Shown here: piece after piece, positions 34,356 through 48,220 of the stretch
Layout of the letters: every line of letters begins with the position of its first letter
Position numbering within the stretch: position 1 is the stretch's first letter
Assembly: GCA_017499595.2 (NCBI GenBank)
Contig: CM039002.1
Location: forward strand, 2,790,001-2,854,000
DNA from: Psilocybe cubensis
Taxonomy: Eukaryota
Length of the DNA: 64,000 nt
Direction of reading: 5' to 3'
The notes under the pieces: model-generated
The model's input: only the letters and a program-made list of their open reading frames with translations
Told to the model about the DNA's origin: nothing
Database searches by the model: none
Program-made: the position numbers and the translations under genes

Positions 34356-37300
34356 CTACATTGTCTATTGTCCAAACAGTGTCCAAGAAGTCCGAAATGT
34401 CCAAGATAAAGTACAGAAATCAGAAAAGTACCTGCAATTTCCTAGAGGACGGCCCAGTTCTTCCATCACTCGTATTCCTGAAAACACCAAAGCTGGGTTG
34501 GGGGACGTCGAAGTTCTCGATGAAGCCCGGAGACAGCAATTGGGAGGGAGGAGCAGTGGAAGAACGCGAACGCTTAGGAAAGACAGAGACGGCCTTTCGC
34601 GTGATCTTGTTGAAATACCGTCGAAGTCGATTGGTCGATTTTGCAGCAGGGAGAGCAGGAACATTGTCTCCCTGAGATGAAGTACCCGAGTTGTCCCTGG
34701 TATCAGGAACGATATCACCAGTTGGATCCTCATTGGATCCGTTTCCATCTTCGTTGGATCCCTTCCTGTTGGTGAAGAGGGGACCGGGAGATACCCTGCT
34801 GGAAGAGCGCAGCCGCCTAAGCACAGAGCCGCCAGACCATTTGCGAGATTCCGATGGTTGGCGTGCAAGAAGGAGCTTTGAGTGGGGAGTAGGCGTGCGA
34901 GTCCGAATGCGATGAGCAGACGATGTCGGGGAAGGCGTCCGCTGTTCAGGGATGTCGTAAAGCCTGCGCTTAGCGAACCTGGGAACCTTGAAGAACAGAC
35001 GGGGCGTCGTCGGGGAACCGGAAGGTTGGGGGGAGACGATGACAAGGTCGGTATCATCGGAACCAGAGTTTTGAAGATCGTCAGCGGCAGGGGATGGAGC
35101 AGATGCCAGCTCAGCGAGGTTTTGGCACTCTTCCGCGGTCGACATAGTGGATACCGAGGTTACAAGCATTCCAGATGGTCGCCCAATTCCGAGCGCTTCG
35201 AGGTCCATGCTTTTGCTGGGCGCAAGACCCCCGGAAGAAGAAGAAGGAATGGCGACAACACGATCCGTAGAAGCGGAGGAAGAAATCCGAGCGGAATGAT
35301 CTGTAGGAGGGAGAGCACTTTCGCAGCCAAGAACATAGCTATCAGAATGGAAGTACTCAGCCGATAGTGAACAAGGACTCCTAGGATCGTTCTCCGGAGT
35401 CAAAACAAACGCCGTGAGTCCAAGGTTGCTGACGTCTGAATTTTGCGCATTGTACGAATACGAGGAAGCCGGTGACCCATCATTAGCTCGGGGCCTGGCA
35501 AGATGGTGGGTGGATCGTAAAGACCGGGCAAGTTGGTGAAGAGGAGACACTCGGGAAAGGAATGAAGGATGTTCAGGTGAGCTAAGTACAGTGTCCATGA
35601 GAGGTGGCTCATGTCCAGAGGGTTTGGGAAGAGTCCCAAGTAAGTCCGATGTAGTATCCCGAGAAACGTTGCCAGAAAATGGTTCAGTAGCAGTTTCGAA
35701 GCCATGAGAAAGCGAGTCAGAAGGATGATTAAGAGATAAAGCAGCAATAGTGGAAGTGATAGGATGAGTTACAGCAGATGTGTTGGCAATAGTAGATGCC
35801 AGGTCAGTAGGGTCGAGAGTGGAAGCAGCAGCAGAAGATGATACAGGCGCAGAACTCATGAAGGCAGAAGAACCGGAAGGAGAAGAACGGAAGAAACGAG
35901 AAAGTCGCTTGCTTGAGTTCAAGAGCAATTGACGACGCGAGGATACCAAGTCCAGAGAAGGCCGTTCGAGGGAGGTTGTAGATCCAGAAGGAGCACCATG
36001 TGGCTCGCTTACTACATTACCTGCCCCAGCCTCGAGCGGATTGGCCATGAAAGATGCGCGCAAGTTCGGCCCCGAGGAACAAGACTCTGTACGATTCTGG
36101 CTGCGAAGATGCAATTCAGAGGTAGCAGCCACTGGCATAACCACTGACTCATCATCCGCAATGTAAGCCATATCGACAGCTACATAGCAGGACATACACA
36201 GCATCAGCTCAACTCGATATGATGAAAAAGCAAAGTGAGAAAACTTACAAGACGAAGACGATTGCCCAGATTCCGAAGACTGACGGTGGGGAACATTATG
36301 ATCTCCATTCGGACCCTCGAGAACTTTTTGTTGTTCTCGACGGCCACGAAGGCTCACGGACATACGTGACTGCATGGCCTGCAAGCAAGAAAGAACACCC
36401 ATGGGCTCAATTTCGGCAGTGCATTGACCAGCAGACATATCGACATCTGGTGATAAAAGATGAATGTTTGGGAGTATGAAAGAAGTGAATGGAAGGTGAC
36501 GTACGAGGAGAAGAATGTTCAGCTTGGCGAATGCCCACCGCAGGCTTTTTGGAGTCGCCAGCGACACCTTTGGGTTCGTCTTCAAGTCTTGTAATCGAGG
36601 AAGAGGGTCGAACTGCGCCATCCGTCAAAGAGCCCAACCCAAGTCCGACCAGCGGGGAGAGGGTGGATGGTGAGGGGCTCTTGGCAACATTTTTGACCTG
36701 CAAGAAATCCGGGCGGCGTGTCAGGAATTGATAAATCGCGTTGGGGTACTCATATTGGTTCTCTTCTTCCGGCGTCAACTCATCATAGCAATTGGACGCA
36801 ATAATCATGAACTGTTGGTAGCTGTGGCTCTCGGGCATGGTGGAGTCGTTGAAAGAATGATCATAAAAAGAAGGATAGCTGTTAATGTCCATTGGCTAGA
36901 ATCACAGTCAGAGATATTGATAAGAGGAAAAGACCAAGTACTCACGGGTATAGTTTGCTGCTGTTGAGCGTTAGTAACTGGAAGTCCGTGTGCTACATAG
37001 TGTCCGTGATTGGGTTGGGGAAGGTGTTGAGGCCTGGGATCAGTGTTCGTAGCAATTTCAAGGCGGATGATAGCAGCCATATCGAGATTCTCTCCAGTCA
37101 ATGCAACGGGGAAAGAACGATGTTCACGACGAGTAGCGAACATCAACCTAGAGACGGGGGCGGGGGAAGAAACGACAGGTACGTTTCCTTGAGCGTATGA
37201 CTCGTTGAAGATGGCGGGGGACAAGATGGGACTGGTGTCCTGTTGGGCAGGGGAAAGGAGAGACGTAGAGATCGACGCAGAAGACTCAAAGGAGGGACCA

Positions 37301-38390
37301 TCGCAAAGGGACAAACAAGATGCATCATTGTTTGTAGTAGGGGAGGGAGTAACATCGGAAGCGTGCTGAGCTGCGACAAATGGTATTAACGACATAGGAA
37401 AGGAGGACCCAGACACATAAGACGGGGTGCCTAGGCATAAGGAAGAAACATCCCACTCCGATTCCACAGGTCGAATCTTAGGCTTCGCTGGTGCCTGGGG
37501 GGTAGGTGGAAGCCTTTCGAATACCATTCCACGAGGGATATTGTCTCTTCCAAGCTGATGACCGACGTCGGAATCGCGGTCAAAAATGGGGAAATCGTTG
37601 GACCGGGAGTTAGGCTCGCTTCTGTTTGCATATGGAAGAGGGAGATTCTGTGGTTCAGGGTCTTGGGGGTTGAACCCGTAGACGCTTTCCTTGAATTCCT
37701 GAAAGTAATTCATTGAGTTTGTAGAAGATACAAAAGGGTGAAACCTGTATGTACCTTCCATATCGCAGCCATACCCTGGTCGTAGATATTCTCCCAGTCA
37801 TGGGGTAACACGAATTCCTCCTCCTCACTTCCTCCCTCCATCTTCGAAGCAGAACTCACACTGGGTGGCGCCTCAACAAAATCCTTGTCCTTAGTAGCCA
37901 TGCCTTCAGCAGAGCTAGTGCGACTATCCATGATCCTCAACGCCCGTTGACTGGTTACAGTTTGCTTGGAGTTGAGGAGCCTAGTTCTGAAGCTCGCAAC
38001 GGCATCGAAGACACCGCTATCATCCTCGCTGTCCGACTTATAGACCGTGTCATCCTCCAGAGTAACAATTGGCCTCAAGATTGAATTGTTCAGATGCTCA
38101 GCAGTGAGATGATCCTGCAGCGAACGTTCGTCACGAAATGGACCAGCTGAGGCGACGGTACCTGGCTTCAACTCTATGTCAAAGTTGGAGTAGGTGGGCG
38201 TAATAGGAGGAGTGATGTCGGTTGCATATGCAGAGGTAGATGATCCATGAGAATGACGATCAAAGTAACTTGCGGATGCGGACGACGACGAGGAGGAAAA
38301 GGAGTTTGTTGACCCAGAGAAAGCCTGCTTCTCGGATGAAGGGAAAAGTGAGGGAGGATGGGGAGCGAGGTACCCATTGGATTCCGGCAT
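34356..38390 (-). CDS. Large Ser/Pro-rich low-complexity hypothetical protein, multi-exon
   Basis: Four overlapping ORFs (38390-37710, 37761-36805, 36892-36407, 36621-34420) can be joined in frame by short GT-AG introns near 37700-37754, 36896-36945 and 36448-36504; no domain recognised; the 3' end is tentative. Confidence 0.6.
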
Positions 38391-39624
38391 CTTGTATATG
38401 CTTGAAAATACGATGTAGGTTTGTAGATAATGCGATTTGTATGGTCAGGAAATGAGTGTGCTTCTGTATATGAACTGGAAGACCGTCTCCTCGGTTTATA
38501 TAGTTGTTTCCATTGGTCTGAATCATAATTCCCTAGGTAATCGCCAGCGTCAGCGATGAGAAAATGAGATCTTTGCTGCGTCTCATTAGAGTAACATAGG
38601 CTGAAACGCGATGAGCGGTGAAAATAAGTGATGATGACTAGGTAATGTTTGGGATGATAGGTTCACCTTTTCGATCAAACCTCTGCAATATTTGAGCCTG
38701 AGCGAAAGTCGTCGTTTGTAATTTTGACATTCGGAAGAAATTAAGAACGGGAGCACTACGTTGTAGTAGTTGGCCAGTGGCCATATTGGCGGTGTTAGAT
38801 TACACTTGTTTGGCTGTCATAATTGAAATGGAGTTTAAACTTTTCTAAATCACGATCATTTTTGAGTGTGCCGAAACCTTGTTGGAAGGTTGAAAATGGC
38901 CCACAAATCACCAAAAAAATGTTAAAAGATACGGAAATCTAATTGAAACATGATATGTTAGTGTACAAGAGATCCACAATTGCAAAACTGAAGCATAGAT
39001 ATGTATTTGTATAATTTGGAAAATACGTCGGAAATTAATTTCAAAGTCCTTCGAATAATTTGCAAGCGCTAGTGCATTATGATCTCCCCAAATTATATTA
39101 AATGTGTAAGTTACATGAGCTTAAATACATTTTGCGCATTGACCAAACCTTTCAGTGCTCGGAAAACATTGTTCAAAATTATCAGTTCTTGACCAAAGTG
39201 GACAGCCGCACTTGCCGAGATTATGTAAATTGATCCAGAAATTAATAGCACATTGTTACAGGTATAACTAGTTAAACTTAAAGCTCCGACAGATGACTTA
39301 TTTGTGAACAGTCACTGGCTTGGCCAATGTTGTCGTGGGTCGAATTGAACCGTGGCCAATGTTTCCCGATCAAGCATGAACAAACTCAAAAAACGCGTGC
39401 CAGCGTGTGCCGCCCAAGGCGGCGCTTTCCGAGTCACATGATCTTACGTAATATATTGCTCATAGGTCATCGTCCTCGCCAGGACCACGGTTGGGATTGT
39501 GCAACAATCAAGGATTTTTGCTTTTGACTATTCTCGCCTTTGCTGGTTTCCTCGCCATTCTTTATGAACAATCTACAAATGTCCTGTGACTGCTAGGCGG
39601 CAGCAGTGTACACCACAATTGGAA

Positions 39625-41207
39625 ATGGACAAGAAACGCGTCTTCAAGGCAAGTTGGACGGGCTTACCAGTTACGCAAAGCTAATACGAATTGCATTAGG
39701 AGCTTACCAACTTTTGGGAGGTTCAGGCTTCCTCGGAGCAACATTGCCCACCTTCCAGGTCTAAAATGTGAATGTTTTTGATACTTCATAAGGTGGTTTT
39801 TCTAACAGGCGAACCCAGGTATTCAAAGGGCATTGTAGCAACTCAGAGGCCACCCGTTTCTTCTCAGAATCTTACCGCTAAAGAATCCAAACCAATTGAA
39901 AGATGGATACAGGACGTTGAATCCAAGGATCGCAGAGTCATATCACGAAGTATGCTTGGTTCCTTCATCTCTTTTATCTATTCCAACATTCCATTCTAGG
40001 TGTAACAGATGAGGGTATATTTCATTCAAAGGCGGACAACAAAAGAAATAAACGTTACAGCAAAGCTGAGCGGGAGTTGATCGATACATTCGCTCGTTGT
40101 CAGCAAGAAAAGAGCCTTCAAGAACTCCAAGTGGCTTCGCTGAAGAAGGTTCTTTCTATTCTGAGCAACAGCATTGCTGACTCCAAGGCGCGCCTGGATC
40201 AACTTCATGTTCTTCTAGCAGACAGAGACACCGACCCTGAACTATATAGGTCCCTGCAATGCGAACGGTGGATGGAGGAGAGGCGCCAACTCTCTGCTGT
40301 TGAGGTGTCGAAGGTTCTCGAAGAACGTCTCGCCATTGTCATGTCATCGTTACCGGCTCCCGCGGAAGCAAGTTGTAGCTCTGAACCTTCAGCGTCACGG
40401 GCGAATTCGAATCTTGCAAAGTTTCTCGAGTCACCTAGACGACGTGTGCCGACCCGCAACCGCACGCGCAGACGAGTATATGTGCCTCCGGGTCCACAAG
40501 ACGTTCTTTCTCGCCTCCCCAGTACTTCGGTCATGCAAACAGAGTCCAACCCCACCATTTCTACCGCTCTTTCAACTCCTGCGACCCCGCAAGCATCACC
40601 GTCACTGCTTCAGACTGCCTTAATTAATTCAACACAGAAGCTTTCTACGGTCGACGAGAATTCTGGATGTATCACTATTTGGCGTGACTCTCCGCGTTCC
40701 AAGGAAGAGATTCTGGCTGACCTTACAGTCGACATGCCCGACTATGTTGGCGACCTTCTCTCTGGTCTGGATTCAACAACATACTCTCCAGCGTCCTTAC
40801 AAATTCCAGAAGAGGTTCATTCTCCCCACTTAAAGCACTCAAAGGCCCGTGAAATCCAAAGTCCTTGTTCCACACATTCCAGAACGTCGTTCGTTCCCGA
40901 AACACCTCGTTCCCACCGTTCCTCGGTGCAAGTTCATATGTCTCCATCCCGCAAACGGATCAGCACACTCTTTTCTCTTCCAGAAGCACTATCGTCCAAG
41001 AGGACCATCAACATCGACTCTGAACGGGCAAAGAATAGTAGTACACCTCCTGAACCGAAAGGCGTGGATGCAACTACCTCACGCCCATTCTCCGTATCGT
41101 TTTCTGGTCTCCCTTCCAGTGACTCTGGGGCCTCTCATGACCCGACAACAGACAAGAAAACGCCTTCTCGCCTCAGACACCGTCTATCATTCTTCCGCCG
41201 CCATTAA
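39625..41207 (+). CDS. Hypothetical protein with N-terminal coiled coil and Ser-rich tail; 5' exons tentative
   Basis: Long final exon (about 40000-41207) joined in frame to the upstream exon via an intron at about 39950-39999; heptad-like segment SLQELQVASLKKVLSILSNSIADSKARLDQL. Confidence 0.55.
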
Positions 41208-42471
41208 ATTCACATTTCACACTATTCGTTCCTTTATCATCAGCATACACCATCTTTACTCGGTAACAAATGTTAACCGCATTGTACACTGGATATTTCC
41301 TATCATTTCCTTTTTGTCTTTGTCTTTTACCCTCGCATTGCTTTCGTTGACTTCGATACTGTACATTCTTTTTTTTTTTCCTCATTCATTTCACGCATTA
41401 CTCCAACGTCAATTTCTTGGTTACGATGATCACTCCACGGACCCCAGCATGTTACGGAACATAGGCATAGAGTAAGGCACCATCGCGTCTCACTCTGTTG
41501 TCGAACTCCTTCATTTACACAACACGTAGTATAACTTGCATAACAGAGCTCAGTTTCCAAATCAACTTCCCATTCGAGGGTCTCGTGCATTTCCCTCGGG
41601 CCGTACCGAGAATCGTGAACGTGACTGTTGATGACAGGTGAGCGGCTAAACCTCCCGACGCGCACAGTGCCCCTAACACGAGGCGTTCACCTGCGTTCAC
41701 ACGAACGCAACGAGTTTCCCGTACACAACTTCTGGAATATGCCAATCTATCACAGGATTTAGTATCAATGTTCCTTTTGGGATTTTTTTCAGCGGCGGCA
41801 CAGCCTGCGTTATCATGCTCCGATTAATGGCCCTAGAGAGAGACAGACAAAGCGAGGCTATTGAGGCCGTTGGAGAAGTTGTCACCACGACGCGTTCCCA
41901 TTGTTCTTTCAATGGAGTGCTTGTGCCACCTTCATATATGGAATCCAATGCGCTAATTGATTATTATTACATTTTAATTATTACTACAGACGGCCCGTCT
42001 CTACGCTTTCTGGTGAGTTTGCTACTGGTCACTACTCGCTGAATGTATAGCATTTAGTGGCAAGTTGATTCCTAGTTGATATAGGATGTCTTTATACCAC
42101 CCAAAACGAGGATGATTTATTTATGGGGATCAGTGGAAGGGAAGGCCGAAACTCATAGGATTCTGCCGTGTTCCCGAGGTGCGCAACTCAAAGGGGCAAT
42201 TCAAAGCGGGCTTACGCTTGGCCATTGATTACTTGGCAATGATTGTCACAGCACGCACCTCTACATCGACCTTGACAAAGCGTATCAGCAGTGTACTAGT
42301 CAATGCGCGCCCTCTACTCCTGGTGGACCGCTCTCCCGCTCTGGGTTCTGTGCAAAGCGAGTCGACACGCATTGTTTTCAACGATGATGGTTATAACTTG
42401 GGTAAAATGGGACGGAGGAGTCCCAGAACTTCACATACTACTATCGCATCCTCCTCTACACAGTGAAAACC

Positions 42472-43572
42472 ATGAACACAACAGCATTTTCTCAGAACTG
42501 GAATGGGACTGTCAACCCAAAGCTTATACAAGGCGACTACCATCCATATTCACTCAACAACCCATGGGTTAGCAATGGTGGCAACCCTCTAAAGACTGAA
42601 CAAAGTCTCAATGCAAATCCTTTCTTCCGTCAGTACGCAGAGGACGCCTTCCTTCCTAATTATACTTCCCCGGCTCCCGACTACTCGTATAATTTCCAGG
42701 ACCTTTTCAATACAAACTACGCACAAGATTCCTCATCGCTTTTGCAACCTTTCCAACCAAACGCTTCTCTGTCGCAGATACCGACACAGGCTATTAACGC
42801 GCATGATCAGATCGACGTTGCTCCTTTCGAATTTCCTCCATTCACGCAATTTGATCCAACTATGAATTTACCACCAGTCCAGTCTATCTTTGACGAATCT
42901 TTCGTTGGTACCTTGGACGCTACTTCCACTCCACCCGTTCCAAGCCTGCTGGACCGCGAACATGTTCCCCTGGCTGGACTCTCGGAGGGGACAGCGCTCC
43001 CTGATGCTGAACCTTTCCAAAGTGGAAAACGTATGTCAATTGCTATTAAGATAGAAGATTGTTCGAGTGCCTTACCCTCCACTGAAGCTTCCCCGCCATC
43101 GTCCAGAACTGCCCCCACTTCAGCTGCTATCTCTTTCCAGTGCTTCACCTCCGCCGACTTCACTAATTCTTCCCATGCCTCTGCTCTGGTCCCCACAAGG
43201 CGTCGCTCTAAGTTCATCAAGGAAGACCCAAACTGCGGATATTTTGTCGAGTATGATGCACTAGGGAAGAAATTCTACCAGTGCAAAACATGCCCCAATA
43301 TGGGAACTTACCACAGAGGCGATATGTGTCGCCACCAGATGTCGAGTAAGCACAAGGCCCCCAGCTTTTGTTGCACCTTGTGCGACAAGAAGTTCACCCG
43401 CCCGGATGCCCTCAAGCGTCATATGAGTCGGGAGAATGCGCACATACCCAAACCTAGACGAAAGTACATGGGGCCCGTAAATGCTGAAGTGACAGAGGGG
43501 AGACCATTGAAGTGGGCAAGGATTGGCGGTTTCACTGGAAGCGATCTCCTTGAATCCCAGGCTCACTTCTAA
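42472..43572 (+). CDS. C2H2 zinc-finger transcription factor, intronless
   Basis: YQCKTCPNMGTYHRGDMCRHQMSSKH and FCCTLCDKKFTRPDALKRHMSRENAH fingers; acidic/Pro-rich N-terminus. Confidence 0.85.
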   Translation: MNTTAFSQNWNGTVNPKLIQGDYHPYSLNNPWVSNGGNPLKTEQSLNANPFFRQYAEDAFLPNYTSPAPDYSYNFQDLFNTNYAQDSSSLLQPFQPNASLSQIPTQAINAHDQIDVAPFEFPPFTQFDPTMNLPPVQSIFDESFVGTLDATSTPPVPSLLDREHVPLAGLSEGTALPDAEPFQSGKRMSIAIKIEDCSSALPSTEASPPSSRTAPTSAAISFQCFTSADFTNSSHASALVPTRRRSKFIKEDPNCGYFVEYDALGKKFYQCKTCPNMGTYHRGDMCRHQMSSKHKAPSFCCTLCDKKFTRPDALKRHMSRENAHIPKPRRKYMGPVNAEVTEGRPLKWARIGGFTGSDLLESQAHF

Positions 43573-44387
43573 CTCTGCTTGTTTGGTTTCTCTCTTTCTT
43601 GAATTATTCGCTAATGTCTATAACACCTTTTCCGGTTATCTTTCGAGTTCAGTAGTACTATTACACTTCCAGATTCATAGACTCTAATCTCCTAATATAT
43701 TGGTTTCCATTTCCCCGTCTACTTTCATGAAGCTATTATTAACTTGTTAGTCGACCTTTCGCATTCCTTGAACATCGAGTTTTTACTCGACTTAGATTAT
43801 GCACCGCGCTGTAACTTTTGATATACACAAATATCCAATGCCCACTTTCGCTGATTGAGGCGTCTGTGATGCCAGATTGAAGCATCCGCTGAAGGCTACT
43901 TCCTGGGCCACACACCGATGGATCATGGCAGGGACATCGTCATTTCCCACGAAATTGATTTCAATAAGCGCCAGGAAAATGACACGTCAAATTTGAGTAA
44001 CTCGTCAGCAATTAATATTGCTCAGCTCCGCACAATCAACAGTGAACGATATCCCAGTATGTACTGAGAGTTCGACTTAACTAAAGAGGCCTGGAAATAG
44101 TAATGCATAGGTCTGAACAACGATGGCCACATTATAGTGCAGTGGCCCGATCTAGTGCGTTGAAAATTGGCCGTATGTAGGCATAAAGATAAAAAGATCT
44201 AAGAAAACGTGTACTCGAGACCTATTTCAAAACATCGTAAGTTGTGGTGGCCTACTGTGCTTAAATAATCTTGGAAAAAGTCATATAAGCTCAGGAAGAT
44301 TTGTATGGGCGTCTCCATTACTTCCCCTAATACGTAACGTCAACTATCAACTTTCTGTTCTCTTACACTGCAGATTATCGACTGAAA

Positions 44388-45226
44388 ATGCCCAAGCAAG
44401 TTAGCGAACAAAGCCGAAAGAGTTCCGGAACTCGTCGTATGAATTCGCAGGGACCCTCTGTGCCGTCTCTCCAGAGAGACTTTAGTTTTGAATTTTCCAA
44501 TGATGAGAAGCAGAATAATCCTGTGTTCCATACCATCATAAAACCTGCTCTCGAAGGCAAGAGTGTGAGGTAATCGACGTTGCTTTCTTTAGTACCGTAT
44601 TGCTCCAATTGTTCCTTCACAGGCGCTACGATTCGCCTTCAGAGTCCGAGCAAGAATTGAATTATGTCTTCAACAAGGAAGAGAAAGGGGGTTTGGTTAA
44701 TGGGCTCTCTCGTTGGGCATCTGTGTCCTCGCTCAATACCGAAAGTTCGTTCTTCCTTGAGGGAAATCTTCATCCCGAAGTCACGCGCGAGCTTAGCATC
44801 GACGATCCAATAGAAGAAGAAGACGAGGACATATATACTGGGTCTGTTTCCGGGAGAAGCGAGACGACTGAACGTATATTCGAAGATTATGACAGCAGAA
44901 CCGAGATTGGTTCAGCGTCCCGTTACGGAACACCAGCATCCGTCTATTCTGGGACTAGTGGAAGAAGGATCACCTCGAGCACTGAAGCTGAAGAATTCAC
45001 CGCGATAGACTTTAATTATGAAGATGATCGCGAGAAAACGCCAACATCCACTGCTCCCATAAACGAGCCACAGTTTGGGTATCATAGTGGCACCCCAAAC
45101 GTAATAGTAACTCACAGTGTTTCGGCTCCTATCACGCCCCGTCGATACCCTACGCGCAGTGGACAAGTCCCACCGGAAAAAACGAAATTTCGGAGTCCCC
45201 AAAAGCCTCGTCCTAAAAGGGCATAA
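44388..45226 (+). CDS. Hypothetical acidic/Ser-rich protein, 2 exons
   Basis: ATG at 44388; GT-AG intron about 44570-44622 joins the exons; disordered composition. Confidence 0.5.
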
Positions 45227-45456
45227 CGGTTATCAGACTGTTATTACTACTAAAATTTTTCAGCACGACTGGGTCGATATCCAAACACCTTATGCCATGT
45301 ACCTGCCACATTGTCACACTCGTTAAACATGTAGACTCAATTCGACGGACCAATATATTGCACCTACACATACCACGTTCCTTATATGACATAGCTTATC
45401 ATAGTTAGATATTTAATACACATGAAGACATTTCTTTCAATGTTGAGCAAACTAAA

Positions 45457-47693
45457 TCACTGCTTGAGTTCGGAGCCTAACTCGGAAAGACCAGCTGCCT
45501 TGAGATCAGCATTAACTTCGTCGATGTGGTTCATAAATTGAGCTTTGAGGTTATCCCACATTGCGGGCTCGTGCTCTAGAACGCTTTATGAGAAGTTGAA
45601 AGTTGAAAAATTATTAACAACTGACCGTGCAGCTTCCCTGATCTTAGCATTGCGTAATCTGTTATGGTGAACATCAAACTAGATTCGAACATAAAGGCTA
45701 AAAAATCAATTAGGAAAGAGTGAACGTAAGTTGTGTTTGATGAACTTGCCAATGGTTCCTTCATGAATTCGTTCCGGGACCAAGGAAGCTTCAGACGCTC
45801 CTTTGAACTCGTCGTAGGAAACTACACCGTTTTCGTATTAGCGGGGGTGGGGGGCAAGAAAACGGATATATACAAACCTCCATGGGGACAAAAACCAGTT
45901 TCGTAGCTGGCACCACCTACAAAAAATGTAAGAGGTAGGGAAGGGAAGGTCTGATGTATAATATACCTGGCTTGAATCCATCACTACGGCCACCGTACTC
46001 TCCATAGAGCAATCCCATAAATTCTGTGGCCGAGTTTCGGTGGTAGTACTATGGTTACTGTAAGTCCAATGTGTCTTGGACAGAAAATTAAAAGGCGTAC
46101 AGGAGGCCTAAAAGTACCAGTTGCAACATTCCATCGAGGACTGAAAATCAAGAAATCTGCCAGAGGGACTCCCGGTTGCTTCGATTTTGCAGTGAGAACA
46201 CAGAAGATCGATGGGTCGATGTGGTCTTTCGAAATACTTCCCACATTGACGAACTTCTCCAATGCGTATTTGTAAGGCACATATCTGACATGCATCCATG
46301 AGCATCGAAAAAACGATTGAGGTTTGATTGACGAACTTTCCATGCCATGCAACCACGTCAAACGGAGTGTGCTCCTGCGAACATAAATGTAATTGACCAC
46401 CAACTCTATAAATACATTGATAAGTGCCGACAAAGAACCTGAACGACAATCTACTCACTTGTAAACAACTGAACAAGTCAAAGTCAGTTGAACGAAATAA
46501 AAGGAGTAACAGACAATACGCACTTTCCCAATGGCTTTGATCGATATCAAAGGAAGCAACGGGTGTTTCAAAATCGCGTGCATTGGCAAGACCGTGTCCT
46601 CCCAGTGGACCAAGTTCAGGCAGAGAATAATGTTGTCCATAAATTTCCTGGATGTCTAGCGTGAACTAGTCAGCCTATATATGAACAAAAAATATAAAAA
46701 ACACCCTTACATCCTCGAGAAGGTCCGTCAGGGAGAATGACCTACGGTGCATTTCAGAAAACTGACATCGTCCAAATGAACTATATCTGACCTTGAACTT
46801 CATTCCTCGTTGGATGACACATAATTCTCCAGATCTAACCATCATTCTAAAAATAACATGATTAGTCCTAATACTCAAAATAAAGCTTGTATGTCACTTA
46901 CTTGCCAAACTCGGTCTGGATATCCAACCGGCCTTGCTGAGGAAGGATCAACATGTCTCCATCATTGTTGCAAAATGCCTTCTTCTCCATTGAGGTGTTT
47001 GCGAGATACATATGGATTGCGAGGCCCTCATGCAAGGTGGGATCCCCGTTCCCTGCGATGGTCTTCAACCCATCCACGAAATCAACCTTGGCCGAGTCAG
47101 GAGGAAGATCGAAGGGGTGCCAAGCAAGCTGGGTAGGACTGATGTGTACTTTTGGATTGAGAGGAAGGAAGCATGCTTCGAGCTGAAATAATAAGGATGA
47201 ATATGATTAATGTGGTGAAAGTTAATGGCTACGCACGTCCGGGTTATCGGGTAAACGTTTAAAGCCTTTGTGAGCGACAGAGGGCCGAATGCGGTAAAGC
47301 CACCTGCAGAACAATTACCACCCAATTGTCTCCACGAACCAGAAAGCATACGCACGCCGTCACGTTCTCAGACCGTGGTGCAACGAAAGAAGCTCCGGTC
47401 ATCTAGAACCATAGATAACAATCAGCAGACCGAACCAAGAGGTCATTGACTGGACGTACTCCTTCAGTATAAAGGTCATATTTGTTTTTTTGAGGACTGT
47501 TTTGGGCATCTGGTAAAGTTCCTGGGCTGCATCCGCGTTCGTCACAGGGTTCAAAGAGCAGGAATAGACCAACTCACATGGCTTCACTGGCAAACAGATT
47601 GCCAAACCCGACCTGGTACTTGTACGGGTCCTTCTCGATAGGTTTAGTCGAGAAAGAGCCAGCGGCAGACGTCCCAGATGCTGTCAGAGGCAT
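45457..47693 (-). CDS. hmgA: Homogentisate 1,2-dioxygenase, multi-exon
   Basis: MPLTASG...[87 protein letters not shown]...TFRPP; AFMFESS. Confidence 0.95.
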
Positions 47694-48220
47694 GACCTAA
47701 AAGCTTGAAATACGTTTAAAAGGACTAGACAAATGATGCAATATCCAAAGGATGGAGAGAGGAAAGAGTGTGCTTTGTTTCAAATGAGGATCGCAGGCTA
47801 TATATACCTCTTTGTCTCCTCTCTTGATAAAGATGGAAACTCCCAGATATAAGCGGGAAAGGTTCTTTTCATGATATTGGTGTGGCAATTGTAAGAAATC
47901 AGTCAGAATGGGATACTCATGCTGTGTAATGCATCAGTGAGGGACGCATACGGGCGTAATGAGATTTGGAAGCCGTACCCCGTGGCCAATGACGCTCGAG
48001 ATCGCCGGTCAGACATATCCCAATCAAGTAGGATTTACGCACAACCTTGGCAGACTCAATCATACGGAGCCCAAATTTAACAATTCAAAACAGAGTGGAT
48101 CGCACCGATAATGATATTGCAGAACGATTGGACATACTAGGATACAAACAGATTCTTCTCCATCTTTCTTTGACCTTCTTCTGCAGCAGCCATCTTTCCA
48201 TTTCCCATGGGGCGTTCTTT

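Noticed and set aside
34356-38390. Frameshifted pseudogene or programmed frameshifting suggested by overlapping ORFs in different frames
   Set aside because: Ordinary GT-AG introns account for the frame changes examined.
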